From the NCBI GenBank assembly GCA_025786725.1, contig JAHLTZ010000001.1:248001-312000 (forward strand): a stretch of 64,000 bases of DNA, read 5' to 3'. The DNA is from Syncephalis fuscata S228. Taxonomy: Eukaryota; Fungi; Zoopagomycota. Positions 38,580 to 52,633 of this stretch are shown one piece after another. A model generated the notes under the pieces. The model was not told where the DNA came from, did no database searches, and worked only from the letters and a program-made list of their open reading frames with translations. The stretch's first letter is position 1, and each line of letters opens with the position of its first letter. The translations under genes were made by a program, and so were the position numbers.

Positions 38580-41500
38580 CACATTTATACCTATGGCCAT
38601 TTAAACAGAGCATTGGTTTATTAATCCAGTCCATGCAATGCTTAGCCACATTATATAAATCATCGATAAATACATGATTTGTCGTAAAGATAAAAGACTA
38701 GTTTTTGTGTATGTGTATTAGTAATGGATAGTAGACGACTATTTGTCATGGCTGTACATCATCCTATTGCCTGTGTTGCACTACATAACACATACACAGA
38801 TGTATTGTATAGCCACACTTACTTTGAGCAATCCAATGAGGCAAATACTAATGTCGGATAAAATAGATGACTTGAAGGCAAATACGGTTTACAGGGCAGT
38901 ATACAGAGAAGAATCTTGGCGGTAATTACTATTAGTTTCCTTTTAGGCATCGGCATAATAACTTACTTTAATAAGACCAAGTAGACTGCCAAAGGTAAAA
39001 TAAATTCTATTTTGAGTAAGCCAGGGCCATTTCTTAGATACTTGAGCTATCCAATGGAAATGTTCGTTATACTGCCACCATCTATAGAGCTGTTGATACC
39101 ATCGAGTGCATGTCTAGTATCATTGTTAATAGATAGTATACTCTATAATGGCTGCTACTTACAGTTCTATGTAGTGGTGGAGATAGCAGTAATAGCTTCT
39201 CTTCCTCCTCCTCTTCCCCATGCCTTATCCCCTCTGCATTCTCCTCATGCTTCAACGTCATTAATGCATTGTCTTTGCTTAAATGTGCATGGGCCCCTTT
39301 TCGGCGATTACTTAGTGTATGATATGCCCCTGGCAATGTGGGAACGGACATTTGGCGAAATGTGATCTTTTACGAATAATCGATGGCATGGAAACTTCCA
39401 TGGTGGAGGCACGGGCAGCTTGAGTTAAAACTCCGTCTGTCCCTTCAAGCCAGTCTTCTGCAGTATAATGGATGTCACTATGATCGCTATCATCGATAGC
39501 TGTATCTTGAAGACGGCCACCAATATCGCTTGTATCGAATTCACTAGGAGCATTTGATGGCTGTTCAATAATCGTTGGTTCGTGGCTTGATCGGTTACGG
39601 GATGCCTGTAGCATTAATCCCGTTAAATTGGTGGTATTCTAGACATTATAAGCTAATGACGGTAGATGCTAATTACTTACTGAAGAAAATATATCTGTAC
39701 TCGATATTTGACCTGAATTCCATACATCTAGAATGTTATCAACAGATGGACGACTAAATGGATTTCTTGATAATAATGCTATAATAAGGTCTTTGAAGGT
39801 AGATGGAATTGGTTCCACGCCCGATTCTTGTCGTAGATAGTCGGGAAACGAAGGGATACTAGTACAGTCATTATAATAGTCAATAACATATAATAAGGTG
39901 CAGTATGTTGCTGATTACCCGTCAAATGCTAGTATTTCTTCTTTAAGCTCATCTACATTTTCAATATTACGATATGGTAGTTGAGAATAGCATAGATAGT
40001 AGAAGAGTAGACCGAGTGACCACATATCGGCCTTTAATGAGAAATTTGGTAAATAGCGACCGTGTTCATCCATGGCAATCAGTTCAGGTGCCATAAATTC
40101 AAGTGTTCCTGTGGCACCTGATCGAGATCGATTGGTTTGTGATTTGTTATTTTGATTCAATTGTGATAAATCTTCACATTCACCAAAATCTGACAACAAA
40201 ATACGTGGTCTATTGATATGGATATTAATTGATTAATTAGTTATTGACTATTTGATATTCTAGTCATAGAATGACTTACAGTTGTTTGTATTTATCTACT
40301 CTGGTAAAGCTTTTAATGTTAGGTCGATGTGTACCATCATCGTAACTTAATAGTAGATTACATGGCTTCAAATCACGATGAATAATACCGTTGTGATGTA
40401 AATGAGCTAGACCTTCACACGTACCTAGCATGAAGTGCTCAATTTCTTCCAAGGTTAATCGTCGTAATTGTGGCTGTGTCTCCATAAGCGGATAGGGTTG
40501 GCTACGACGACGGCGTGCCCGTTGAGATGCTGTCATATTGGGTTCTTCAATCGCTAGATATTCTTCTAGATTGCCTCCATTGGCACATTCCTAAGTAGTA
40601 GCATGCATGTAATTAAAACCATTTACAATGTATTAATAGCGATTTACCATAAGAATAAATAGACAAGGTACAACCGGTCCTGGTTCGTTTGGCAGTCAGC
40701 GATCAATATAGAGATAATTAAATAAATCTTACCAAATGATCCCATTTGATAGTGTTCAAGCCATGAATGCTTATAATCTACAATATTCGGATGATGAAGT
40801 CGTTCAAGTAAATGAACTTCTCGAAGCATTCTTAATAGCCATGCCTTATTATCGCCTATACAGTCATTATAGCCATTTATAATAGAATAAATAACATCAT
40901 AATTGACCTACCCACTGGTACTTTTTTAATAGCATATTCTCCTAATTTCACTTGGTCCAATACATGCTAATAATTACAATATAAATAATTGCTTATTGGG
41001 TGTGTTTATTACAATATGGTTTACCTGACATAAAAATACCTGACCTCTTAGGCCACGGCCTAGCTGTTTCTCTTCAACAAAGAACCGTTCATAGTATCCT
41101 TGGTTAAATGCACGCTCATGTAGTGATTCCTGGCCCATAGTAGGGACAAAATCAGGTGTACCTCGTTGTGAATAGTCATTGCCGCCAGGTGTTGAGCTAT
41201 ATATCAGTTGGTTAATCAACTGGCTATTAAATATAGATTTAGGCCATTTACCTGATAGCTTTACCCAGTAATCGGAAATAATTACGATCCATTTGCACAT
41301 TAGCCGTGCTATCTGTTACAGGGGAAGATGGTTCAAATGGTCGATGACACATTGCACAGTAGCCAGCATTCGATACACTTGTCTAAGGAATAGGATGGTT
41401 ATAGTGGTCATTGTTTAACTAATATCCTGAATGACTATGTAACATGAAATACTTACCACAGGCATTGGTTCATTAGGTATAATACGTCGCACGGCAACAC

Positions 41501-41741
41501 GGTTAGATAGAGGATTATAGACAACAACCTGTCCTTGGTCTTCATTCCGGCTATATTGTTATGGTTTAGAGCCAAGATACAATATATCTATAATATACAT
41601 GACTTACAGAATCACGGTCCAATCTGCACGACGCGATATTTGCCCCATAGCAGAGCTTTGTATTGAGCCACGTCGGCTCCATGGCGTACTGGTTGCCGAT
41701 TCGGCCGGCGAAGAGGTGCGCGAATACATAGGTTGTGCCAT
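38580..41741 (-). CDS. IKS1: IKS1-family Ser/Thr kinase, multi-exon; 3' end approximate
   Basis: QVVVYN; CAMCHRP; FNQGYYERFFVEEKQLGRG; GEYAIKKVPVGDN..WL..MLREVHLLERLHHPNIVDYKHSWLE; HRDLKP; SDFGE; TGTLEFMAPE. Confidence 0.88.
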
Positions 41742-42703
41742 GCGTAGGAATTACTAAATAGGCGAGTAATGAGAGTGAAATAGTTACGATGAAGCTAGTT
41801 TTACAGCTATACTGTTATAGTTGAATCAGTCCGATACTAAGGTGTCATTCCGTTGATCATAAGAATTGACAATAGTCAGTAGTTCAGTAGCTAGTAAAAC
41901 GGCAAAGAAAATAGATTGGGACGTAGTAGAACCAAGCGTAGGCGAGTCGTGATGACACAACTATAAAGCAGTGGCAGTGTGAGCCATGTTCCAAATAATT
42001 TGACATTGGCTGTCGTCACTTCATGTGACTGCATTTCAAACTTGATATTTTGATTATCAATGTTCAATTATGTTCTACAGACCCCCCAATAACAAGTGGT
42101 TAGTAGTTTAAAAGACTAATGTTGATCATTCCCAGGCACAATAACTCTTTTAAACTATTAGAAAATATTCAAATAGTGCACGTGGTCTCTGTTACAAACA
42201 ATAGGGTGTGCACATCCATGGCGGATCTACATGCGCTAGACGCAGTGTAAATGAATGATCCGACTCAGTATATGGATGTGGATAAGTACATCTCCTTACT
42301 ATTGGAGGTGGAAATAACGATGATAGCAATGATAGCGACAACGACAGCAAAAACAAGGACGACGACGACGACGACGACAGCATTGGCCAGCCGCCTTGAT
42401 AATCATTGCTGAAACTGACATGGCTGTACCTTTTAAATAACAAATAAATATTCTCCTTAATAATGAATTTTAGTTTACTTACGTTTGTCGCAAATTCTAC
42501 TTGCTGTGTTTTTGTTAGCACTTTCAGTCGTTGACGCAAGCAAAGTTAACCACCGTTTGTTTCTAATGCGCATTGTCTTCTGTATTGATTACGTTGCTCG
42601 CAGTTTATAAATCAACCAATTCGCTTCTACACTACCGTACAAATTTAACAAACAAACAAACAAACAAAATAGTCAACAGAAATCTGTACTGTTTTACCCG
42701 CTC

Positions 42704-44081
42704 ATGGATTCAATTACCAGTGGTAATTCCACCGATACTGAAGTAGGCATTTATCCTCTGGGCGAGTTTCTGGACGAGCCAAGAGATTTGAGCACGGCTA
42801 ATCATCTTTGATTATTCGCGAAGTTTTAGGCAGTGCTTCGTTGTTGTTCTGGTCTATTCAACTTCTACCGCAAGGTGTGTGTACCAGATAACCGGGATTT
42901 ACTGTAGTATTAATTAACCACGCAATGAATAATAGTGATTAGAAATTATCGAAATGGTTCAACTGTCGGTTTATCGGCATGGATGCTAGTTTTATGGAGT
43001 TTAGAAGCATGTCTATCAGGGGCCTATTTAATAGTACAAAAGCTTGCTATTAGCTTAACTATCCAGTCGGAGCTATTTTTACTATTTTCGCTGTTTTGTT
43101 CTGTTCAATGTTACTACTATTCAAGGTAATAGATTTGTAGCTGTAACTACTAAGTGCATTAACGTGGCTATCAAACGGCTAGAAAGCGACCTTTGATTAA
43201 TGCAATGGCACTTTTTATTGCTATGGCGTTGCTGGCGGCACTTCTTCAAATCGGCGTAATTTTTGGTATTCAGGTAATGATAATTTATTGAACATAAATT
43301 ATAATTAACAATCACAAATATGTAGAATGTATTAGGAAATGAGCCTAGTTCGTCTAAAAACTCGTATTATTGGATTTTACAAGTTTTGGGTATATTACCA
43401 GTGGCATTAAGCATTCTTGGATTTATTCCACAGTACATTGAAGTGTTCAGTAAGTTTAATTGGTTTAATTGTTGCATTTAACTAATTATTGATAATGTGA
43501 TAGAGCTACAAAATAGCTATGGACTAAGTAAATGTTTTTTATTTTTAGATATGCAAGGCGCTGTATTTGCACTGGGTTGTCTGGCATTTCACCAAAAGTT
43601 TGATATTCTAGCAGCTGCCAATATTGCCTCAATTCTTGTTTTAGATATTGGCTTGATCATCATTTGCTTAATGTTCTATAGTCGCTCACCAAGACGCTAT
43701 GAGATCAAAAAAACACCCGATGCTAACCTTACCATTGATTGTGAAGACCGGTTTAACTCCGATAAACTGTCGATTACTACAGTCGAATGGTGGCCAACAA
43801 CACACGAATTGGAGGATGAGTGCGATACGAGAAAAGATGGGATTATGCAAGAATTGGGAGCATTGCGTAAAAAGATGTCTGTTAAGCGCAAATGCTCCAC
43901 TTCGTCATCCTATGCTGGCACACTCTACACCCCGTCGCAGCAGGTCATTACTATGGTCACCATACCCCTTGCTCGTGCCCACACTATGAATATGGATTTT
44001 GTAACATCGCAGCCAAATATTACAATGTCTCCTCCGCCAAGACCACAGACACCGCTAATTATTCCTGAGCTAAAGGAATAG
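42704..44081 (+). CDS. PQ-loop repeat transporter (YPQ/PQLC2-like), divergent paralog with long C-terminal tail
   Basis: FWSIQLLPQ-VIRNYRNGSTVGLS; GFIPQYIEVF..SYGLSKCFLFLDMQG; 1-bp frameshift near 42806. Confidence 0.88.
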
Positions 44082-45418
44082 TGGTTTCATGCAATTATCT
44101 GGTGCATTTTGAGTAATAAAGCTTTACTAGTAAACTAAAACAAACTGTTTGGACAGTCTATTAATTATATAGCGTACGTAACTTTTTATGATAGTGTGTC
44201 ATTAGATATCCGGGTTATAATGATGAAAATAGTTTAGATAAACAAATGCTTTTACTGTGTACTTTGTAATATATACTAGTTACATGATCATTATAAATAT
44301 AACTAGGACTAAGTATTATATTAATGATAATATAGCATTATAATAATATCCATATAAATGATGGCCTAAAAACAGCAATTGGCCATATTATCAATTTAAT
44401 AATAAATGCCTTGTTAAGGGTAGTCATGCAGAAAACCCATACACTCGCCTTAGTATACCTGTGGTGTTTAAAATGCTTGCCTTGGTTGTAATAGTGTTTT
44501 ATATGTCTAGCTTATGGCACGCAGCTCGTTTAACCAAGCCAACTTGTCAATTGTTTGTCAATGCAAATAGTTATTTGAAAAGTAAATGGTGATTGTTTTG
44601 GTCAAGATTCTTGACAAGATACTATTTTATTGCCATTAAAATCAGTATCAGGTTAGATAGAATTGTACAACTACACTTGTCTATTATTTAAATAGTTATA
44701 CTGAAAATGACCTACATAATGGCCAAGTCCAGTGTGTCGCTACCACCTAGTTTATAACCAGGCATTATACAACTATTCTGATTTATTTTGCCGAATAAAG
44801 CACAATTATGAAAACCATTGTTTTATCCGTGTTACAGGTAAAATTAAATGACAAGTCAAAACCAAGCCTTTCAGCATTATTAATTGTGCTGTTACATCAG
44901 TTTAAATGAAAAATCATGAATGATTGGTGTATTTTGACATATTCTCAGCTATTGTTGCACGGCTCATTTGATAACAATAGGCTGTTGATGCCTTATTTGC
45001 TCTAAATCTTATAAGCTGATTTCTATTGTCCATGTATAGCAAATTGGCAATTGGTTTCAGGTTGGTATGCAATTCATTTGTTATATGTAACAATGTGTGG
45101 GTAATAGCCCGAATCACCCTTATTTGATGAAACAATATTGTGTGCCTTACACATGAAAAGAAGGTAGATGTTTTAGTCATTATGTTCGTTAATACTTCTT
45201 ATTAAAAGACTGCTCCGTTTTTTAACTTGAATGAAAATCGTCGACTTTTTTACTTTGACATCGCCTTGTTTCATGATTGATGCTACGACATACTTGTTCG
45301 CATTGATGCTACGATAACTTATCAGCAATTATAAATACTGTTTTATGAATTATTCTAAATACCGCAACTATTCTTTATATTCCTCAAAAATACATTCTAT
45401 TTTTAACATCATATCATA

Positions 45419-46410
45419 ATGCAGACTCACACTCGCGAAATAGTAAAAGAGGTCTCGGATCTTTAGCTTTACTATTTTGGTCTTTTCAACTTGTACCACA
45501 AAGTAAGTATAAGCAGTAAAATTAATTATACGGCAGCTTATTGACCACTTAAAAAGTATGGAAGATGTATAAAGAGAGATCCTCCAAAGGTGTATCTAGC
45601 CTAATGATGCTGATCTGGATTGCTGGATGCGCATTTTACGCGTCCTACGCAGTTGCATTGGATCTTGCAGTGACGCTTATTATCGAACCGCAGGCGGTTT
45701 TACTTTTTGCACTCGTTTGTTATGCTCAGTGTATTTACTATGAAAAGCAAGTATATTAATGACTGTGACACTGATAACTAACAATACTATAGAAAACTAT
45801 CCAAGCTTACTACGGCTTCTATTATATTAATAATTGTTTTTATTTGTGTTGGTCTAGAAGTAGGAAGCATTTATGGTACAATTGTAAGTGGATCAATATT
45901 TTATAATTATTAATTAACATTATTATTATGTAATTAGGAAGCTGACCGTCAGGGATTAACTGGTGTTGTTGCATTCATGGGAATCTTGCCTGCTGTTTTG
46001 ATTGATATTGGCTTTTTGCCTCAGTATTGGGAAGTGTGGGGTAAGTCGCTACTGTATTGATACTACCATTGTCATACTAATGATTGAAATAGTGACTAAA
46101 AGTGCCAGTGGTATTAGTTACGGCTTTTTAGCAATGGATATAATCGGATCTGTATTCTCTATCCTTAGCCTTATTTTCCACGAACATATTGATCCTATTG
46201 CTGCCGCCATTTACATTTCGGTCCTTATACTAAACTCAGGATTACTGGCTATTAAGATTATATTTGCCTTACGCGATCGCACAAGACTGCGCCATAATTT
46301 GACTACTTGTAATACTGTGTGTGAAAAGGGATTGCCTATGGAATCAGTAATGACGGAATCCACAATCATAGTGCGTGATGATGAAAAGTGCGAAAACAAA
46401 ACCATTATAA
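45419..46410 (+). CDS. PQ-loop transporter, tandem copy A (apparent 1-bp indels)
   Basis: FWSFQLVPQ..MYKERSSKGVS..; GFLPQYWEVW; GISYGFLAMD. Confidence 0.8.
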
Positions 46411-46424
46411 TATTACTACTAGCT

Positions 46425-46740
46425 GCATTTTATTCATTAATTATTCAAAAATCTATTAAATTTTGTGTTGAATTTAAGCGAGAAATCTACATGTGAACGC
46501 TTTGTTATAATGTCAATATCCATAACATCTACATTTAGCAAAGTTAATGAAAGCAACCAGTAGATCGCTGATTGTTTTCTTTAACTCTTTTTGCTACTTA
46601 AACAATTTTAATTAGCAGCACTGTTTCTTGTGTGCGATCAATGGCGACTGTATAAAGCTGTATTTTAAATATCAATGTTTGTCTTGAATCAATACTGTAA
46701 CCGGTGCCAATGTCGACAATTGGCCGTTGTCTAAAGACTC
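46425..46740 (-). pseudogene. Degenerate fragment of the BNA6 3' end (further copies at ~49562-49880 and ~52648-52970)
   Basis: gcattttattcatt..attaaattttgtgttgaatttaagcgagaaatctacatgtgaa matches 55275-55350 of the intact gene; right boundary approximate. Confidence 0.75.
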
Positions 46741-48554
46741 TCTGATTATATCCCCTTCTAGTCTACATTTAAATATATGTTATTTTTTAATATTTACGTT
46801 TATATATTATTATTTTTATTAATTATTTTTTTATTTGTTGAAACATAAATAATATAATACAAGTAAATAATTAAGAAGTTATAGTAACACTGCCGATAAA
46901 ACACAATATGTATATGTATACTTGTATATTTTTTAAATATGTCATGTTGAAAGTTAAAAATGCTATAGCTAGATACAAAAAAATTATCAATAAACTTAGT
47001 TGCTAAAACATAGGATAGTATAGAGTAAAAGGGATGGGTTAAAGAAACTGCATGAATAGCAATGTTAAAGCTGTAGTGTATGCGGCTCAATGAATAAAAC
47101 AATTAAAGCTTGTAACAAACAAAATGTACCTAATGCATTATAAAATGACATATAATAGTATAAACATAATTATAGTAATATATGCTACTACAAATTGTTT
47201 AATTATTTCTATACTAAAAGTCGTAATTGCCTTGTAATCAATACATTTTTAAAAGTTGTGCTGACGGTGATGGTCAAATAACGGTGATATGCAGTTTCCA
47301 AATTGGCTTTAATTGCCATATTTTATTAAATGAACCATACTAAGGAGCAAAGAATAAAATATGGCTGATAGTTAGCATTAGGTTGCAGAGTGTGAACGCT
47401 AATGGTATGAGCTGGCGTCAGGTTGTATTTAAAAAGACGTTTTAAATTTAGTTTGTATTATTAATAAATGTTGGTAAAGGCGCATACAGAGCATTATAAT
47501 AATATCCATATAAATGATGGCCTAAAAATAGCAATTGGCCATATTATCAATTTGATAATGAGTGCCTTGCTAAGGGTAGTCATGCAGAAAGCCCATACAC
47601 TCGCCTTAGTATACCTGTGGTTGTTTGAAAATGTTTGTCTTGGCTGTAGTAGTGTTTTATAGTGTCTAGCTTATGGCACGCAGCTCGTTTAACCAAGCCA
47701 ACTTGTCAATTGTTTGTCAATGCAAATAGTTATTTGAAAAGTAGAATGGTGGTTGTTTTGGTCAAGATTCTTGACAAGATACTATTTTATTGCCATTAAA
47801 ATCAGTATCAGGTTAGATAGAATTGTACAAATACACTTGTCTATTATTTAAATAGCTATACTGAAAATGACCTACATAATGGCCAAGTCCAGTGTGTCGC
47901 TACCACCTAGTTTATAACCAGGCATTATACAACTATTCTGATTTATTTTGCCAAATAAAGCACAATTATGAAAACCATTGTTTTATCCGTGTTACAGGTA
48001 AAATTAAATGACAAGTCAAAACCAAGCCTTTCAGCATTATTAATTGTGCTGTTACATCAGTTTAAATGAAAAATCATGAATGATTGGTGTATTTTGACAT
48101 ATTCTCAGCTATTGTTGCACGGCTCATTTGATAACAATAGGCTGGTGATGCCTTATTTGCTCTAAATCTTATAAGCTGATTTCTATTGTCCATGTATAGC
48201 AAATTGGCAATTGGTTTCGGGGTTGGTATGCGATTCATTTGTTATACGCAACAATGTGTGGGTAATAGCCCGAATCACCCTTATTTGATGAAACAATATT
48301 GTGTGCCTCACACATGAAAAGGAAGGAAAATATTTTAACCATCACGTTCTTTAATGCATCTTATTAGGAAACTGCTCCGCTTTAACTTGAATGGAAACCA
48401 TTGACTTTTTTTGCTTTGACATTGTCTTTTTTTTTCACGATTGATGCTACGATAACTTATCAGCATTATAAATACTGTTTTATGAATTATTCTAAATATC
48501 GCAGCTATTCTTTATATTCCTCAAAAATACATTCTATTTTAACATCATATCATA

Positions 48555-49548
48555 ATGCAGACTCACACTCGCGAAATAGTAAAAGAGGTGCTCGGATCTT
48601 TATCTTTACTATTTTGGTCTTTTCAACTTGTACCACAAAGTAAGTATAAGCAGTAAAATTAATTATACGGCAGCTTATTGACCACTTAAAAAGTATGGAA
48701 GATGTATAAAGAGAGATCCTCCAAAGGTGTATCTGGCCTAATGATGCTGATCTGGATTGCTGGATGCGCATTTTACGCGTCCTACGCAGTTGCATTGGAT
48801 CTTGCAGTGACGCTTATTATTCAACCAGAGGTGTTTTTATTTTTTGCAATCATTTGTTATGCTCAGTGTATTTACTATGAAAAGCAAGTACTATTAATGA
48901 CTGTGACACTGATAACTAACAATGCTATAGAAAACTATCCAAGCTCACTGCGGTCGCTATTATGCTATTAGTTGCTAGTCTCTGTGTTGGTCTACAAGTA
49001 GGAAGCATTTATGGTACAATTGTAAGTGAATCAATTTTTTTAATTATTAATTAACAGTTATTATTATGTAATTAGGAAGCTGACCGTCAGGGATTAACTG
49101 GTGTTGTTGCATTCATGGGAATCTTGCCTGCTGTTTTGATTGATATTGGCTTTTTGCCTCAGTATTGGGAAGTGTGGGGTAAGTCGCTACTGTATTGATA
49201 CTACCATTGTCATACTAATGATTGAAATAGTGACTAAAAGTGCCAGTGGTATTAGTTATGGCTTTTTAGTAATGGATACGCTCGGATCTATATTCGCTAT
49301 TCTTAGCCTTATTTTCCACGAACATTTTGATTCTATCGCTGCCTCCACCTATATTTCGGTCCTTATACTGGATTTAGGATTACTGGCTATTAAGATTATA
49401 TTTGCCTTACGCGATCGCACAAGACTGCGCCATAATTTGACTACTTGTAATACTGTGTATGAAAAGGATTGCCTATGGAATCGTAATGACGGAATCCACA
49501 ATCATAGTGCGTGATGATGAAAAGTGCGAAAACAAGGACACATTATAA
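48555..49548 (+). CDS. PQ-loop transporter, tandem copy B
   Basis: Same exon structure as copy A; MQTHTREIVKEVLGSLSLLFWSFQLVPQ. Confidence 0.82.
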
Positions 49549-51636
49549 TATAACTACTAGCTGCATTTTATTCATTAATTATTCAAAAATCTATTAAATT
49601 TTGCGTTAAATTTAAGCGAGAAATCTACATGTGAACGCTTTGTGTCATAATGTCAATACCATAACATCTACATTTAGCAAAGTTAATGAAAGCAACCAGT
49701 AGATCGCTGATTGTTTTCTTTACTCTTTTTGCTACTTAAACAATTTTAATTAGCAGCACTGCTTTCTTGTGTGCGATCAATGGCACTGTATAAAGCTGAT
49801 TTTAAATATCAATTGTTTGTCTTGAATCAATACTGTAACCGGTGCCAATGTCGACAATTGGCCGTTGTCTAAAGACTCTCTGATTATATCCCCTTCTAGT
49901 CTACATTTAAATATATGTTATTTTTTAATATTTACGTTTATATATTATTATTTTTATTAATTATTTTTTTATTTGTTGAAACATAAGTAATATAATACAA
50001 GTAAATAATTAAAGAAGTTATAGTAACACTGCCGATAAAACACAATATGTATATGTATACTTGTATATTTTTTAAATATGTCATGTTGAAAGTTAAAAAT
50101 GATATAGCTAGATACAAAAAAATTTATCAGTAAACTTAGTTGCTAAAACATAGGATAGTATAGAGTAAAAGGGATGGGTTAAAGAAACTGCACGAATAGC
50201 AATGTTAAAGCTGTAGTGTATGCGGCTCAATGAATAAAACAATTAAAGCTTGTAACAAACAAAATGTACCTAATGCATTATAAAATGACATATAAGAGCA
50301 TAAACATAATTATAGTAATGTATGCTAATACAAATTATTTAATTATTCCTATACTAAAAGTCGTAATTGCCATGTAGTTAATACATTTTTAAAAGTTGTG
50401 CTGACGTTGATGGTCAAACAACGGTGATATGCAGTTTCCAAATTGGCTTTAATTGCTATATTTTATTAAATGAACCACACTAAGGAGCAAAAAATAAAAT
50501 ATGGCTGATAGTTAGCGTCAGGTTGCAGAGTGTGAGCGCTAATGGTATGAGCTGGCGTCAGGTTGTATTTAAACAGACATTTTAAAGTTAGTTTGTATTA
50601 TTAGTAAATGTTGGTAAAGGCGCATGCAGAGCATTATAATAATATCCATATAAATGATGGCCTAAAAATAGCAACTGGCCGCATTATCAATTTGATAATG
50701 AGTACCTTGCTAAGGATAGTCACGCAGAAAACCCATACACTCGCCTTAGTATACCTGTGGCTGTTTGAAAATGTTTGTCTTGGCTGTAGTAGTGTTTTAT
50801 AGTGTCTAGCTTATGGCACGCAGCTCGTTTAACCAAGCCAACTTGTCAATTGTTTGTCAATGCAAATAGTTATTTGAAAAGTAGAACTGGTGATTGTTTT
50901 GGTCAAGATTCTTGACAAGATACTATTTTATTGCCATTAAAATCAGTATCAGGTTAGATAGAATTGTACAACTACACTTGTCTATTATTTAAACAGTTAT
51001 ACTGAAAATGACCTACGTAATGGCCAAGTCCAGTGTGTCGCTACCACCTAGTTTATAACCAGGCATTATACAACTATTCTGATTTATTTTGCCAAATAAA
51101 GCACAATTATGAAAACCATTGTTTTATCCGTGTTACAGGTAAAATTAAATGACAAGTCAAAACCAAGCCTTTCAGCATTATCAATTGTGCTGTTACATCA
51201 GTTTAAATGAAAAATCATGAATGATTGGTGTATTTTCGACATATTCTCAGCTATTGTTACATGGCTCATTTGATAACAATAGGCTGTTGATGCCTTATTT
51301 GCTCTAAATCTTATAAGCTGATTTCTATTGTCCATGTATAGCGAAATTGGCAATTGGTTTCAAGGTTGGTATGCAATTTCATTTGTTATACGCAACAATG
51401 TGTGAGTAATAACTTGAATCACCCTTATTTGATGAAACAATTTTAACCATAATGTTCTTTGGTACATCTTAATTAGGAAACTGTTCTACTTTTTAACTTG
51501 AATGGTCGTTGACTTTTCCGATCGATGCTACGATAACTTATCAGCGATTATAAATACTGTTTTATGAATTATTCTAAATACCGCAACTATTCTTTATATT
51601 CCTCAAAAAGCTCCTTTATTCCTAACACATATCATA

Positions 51637-52633
51637 ATGCAGACTCACACTCGCGAAATATAAAAGAGGTGCTCGGATCTTTAGCTTTACTGTTTTGGTC
51701 TTTTCAACTTGTACCACAAAGTAAGTACAAGCAGTAAAATAATTATACGGCAGCTTATTGACCACTTAAAAAGTATGGAAGATGTATAAAGAGAGATCCT
51801 CCAAAGGGTATCTGGCCTAATGATGCTGATCTGGATTGCTGGATGCGCATTTTACGCGTCCTACGCAGTTGCATTGGATCTTGCAGTTACAATTATTATC
51901 GAACCAGAGGTGTTTATATTTTTTGCAATCATTTGTTATGCTCAGTGTATTTACTATGAAAAGCAAGTACTATTAATGACTGTGACACTGATAACTAACA
52001 ATGCTATAGAAAACTATCCAAGCTTACTGCGGTTGCTATTATGCTATTAGTTGCTAGTCTCTGTGTTGGTCTACAAGTAGGAAGCATTTATGGTACAATT
52101 GTAAGTGAATCAATTGTTTTGTAATTGCTAATTAACAATTATTATTATGATGTAATTAGGAAGCTGACCGTCAGGGATTAACTGGTGTTGTTGCATTCAT
52201 GGGAATCTTGCCTGCTGTTTTGATTGATATTGGCTTTTTGCCTCAGTATTGGGAAGTGTGGGGTAAGTCGCTACTGTATTGGTACTACCATTGTCATACT
52301 AATGATTGAAATAGTGACTAAAAGTGCCAGTGGTATTAGTTACGGCTTTTTAGTAATGGATACGCTCGGATCTATATTCGCTATTTTAGCCTTATTTTCC
52401 ACGAACATTTTGATTCTATCGCTGCCTCCACCTATATTTCGGTCCTTATACTGGATTTAGGATTACTGGCTATTAAGATTATATTTGCCTTACGCGATCG
52501 CACAAGACTGCGCCATAATTTGACTACTTGTAATACTGTGTGTGAAAAGGGATTACCTATGGAATCAGTAATGACGGAATCCACAATCATAGTGCGTGAT
52601 GATGAAAAGTGCGAAAACAAGGACACATTATAA
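51637..52633 (+). CDS. PQ-loop transporter, tandem copy C (several indels; pseudogene or assembly error)
   Basis: Same exon structure as copies A and B, with frameshifts. Confidence 0.72.
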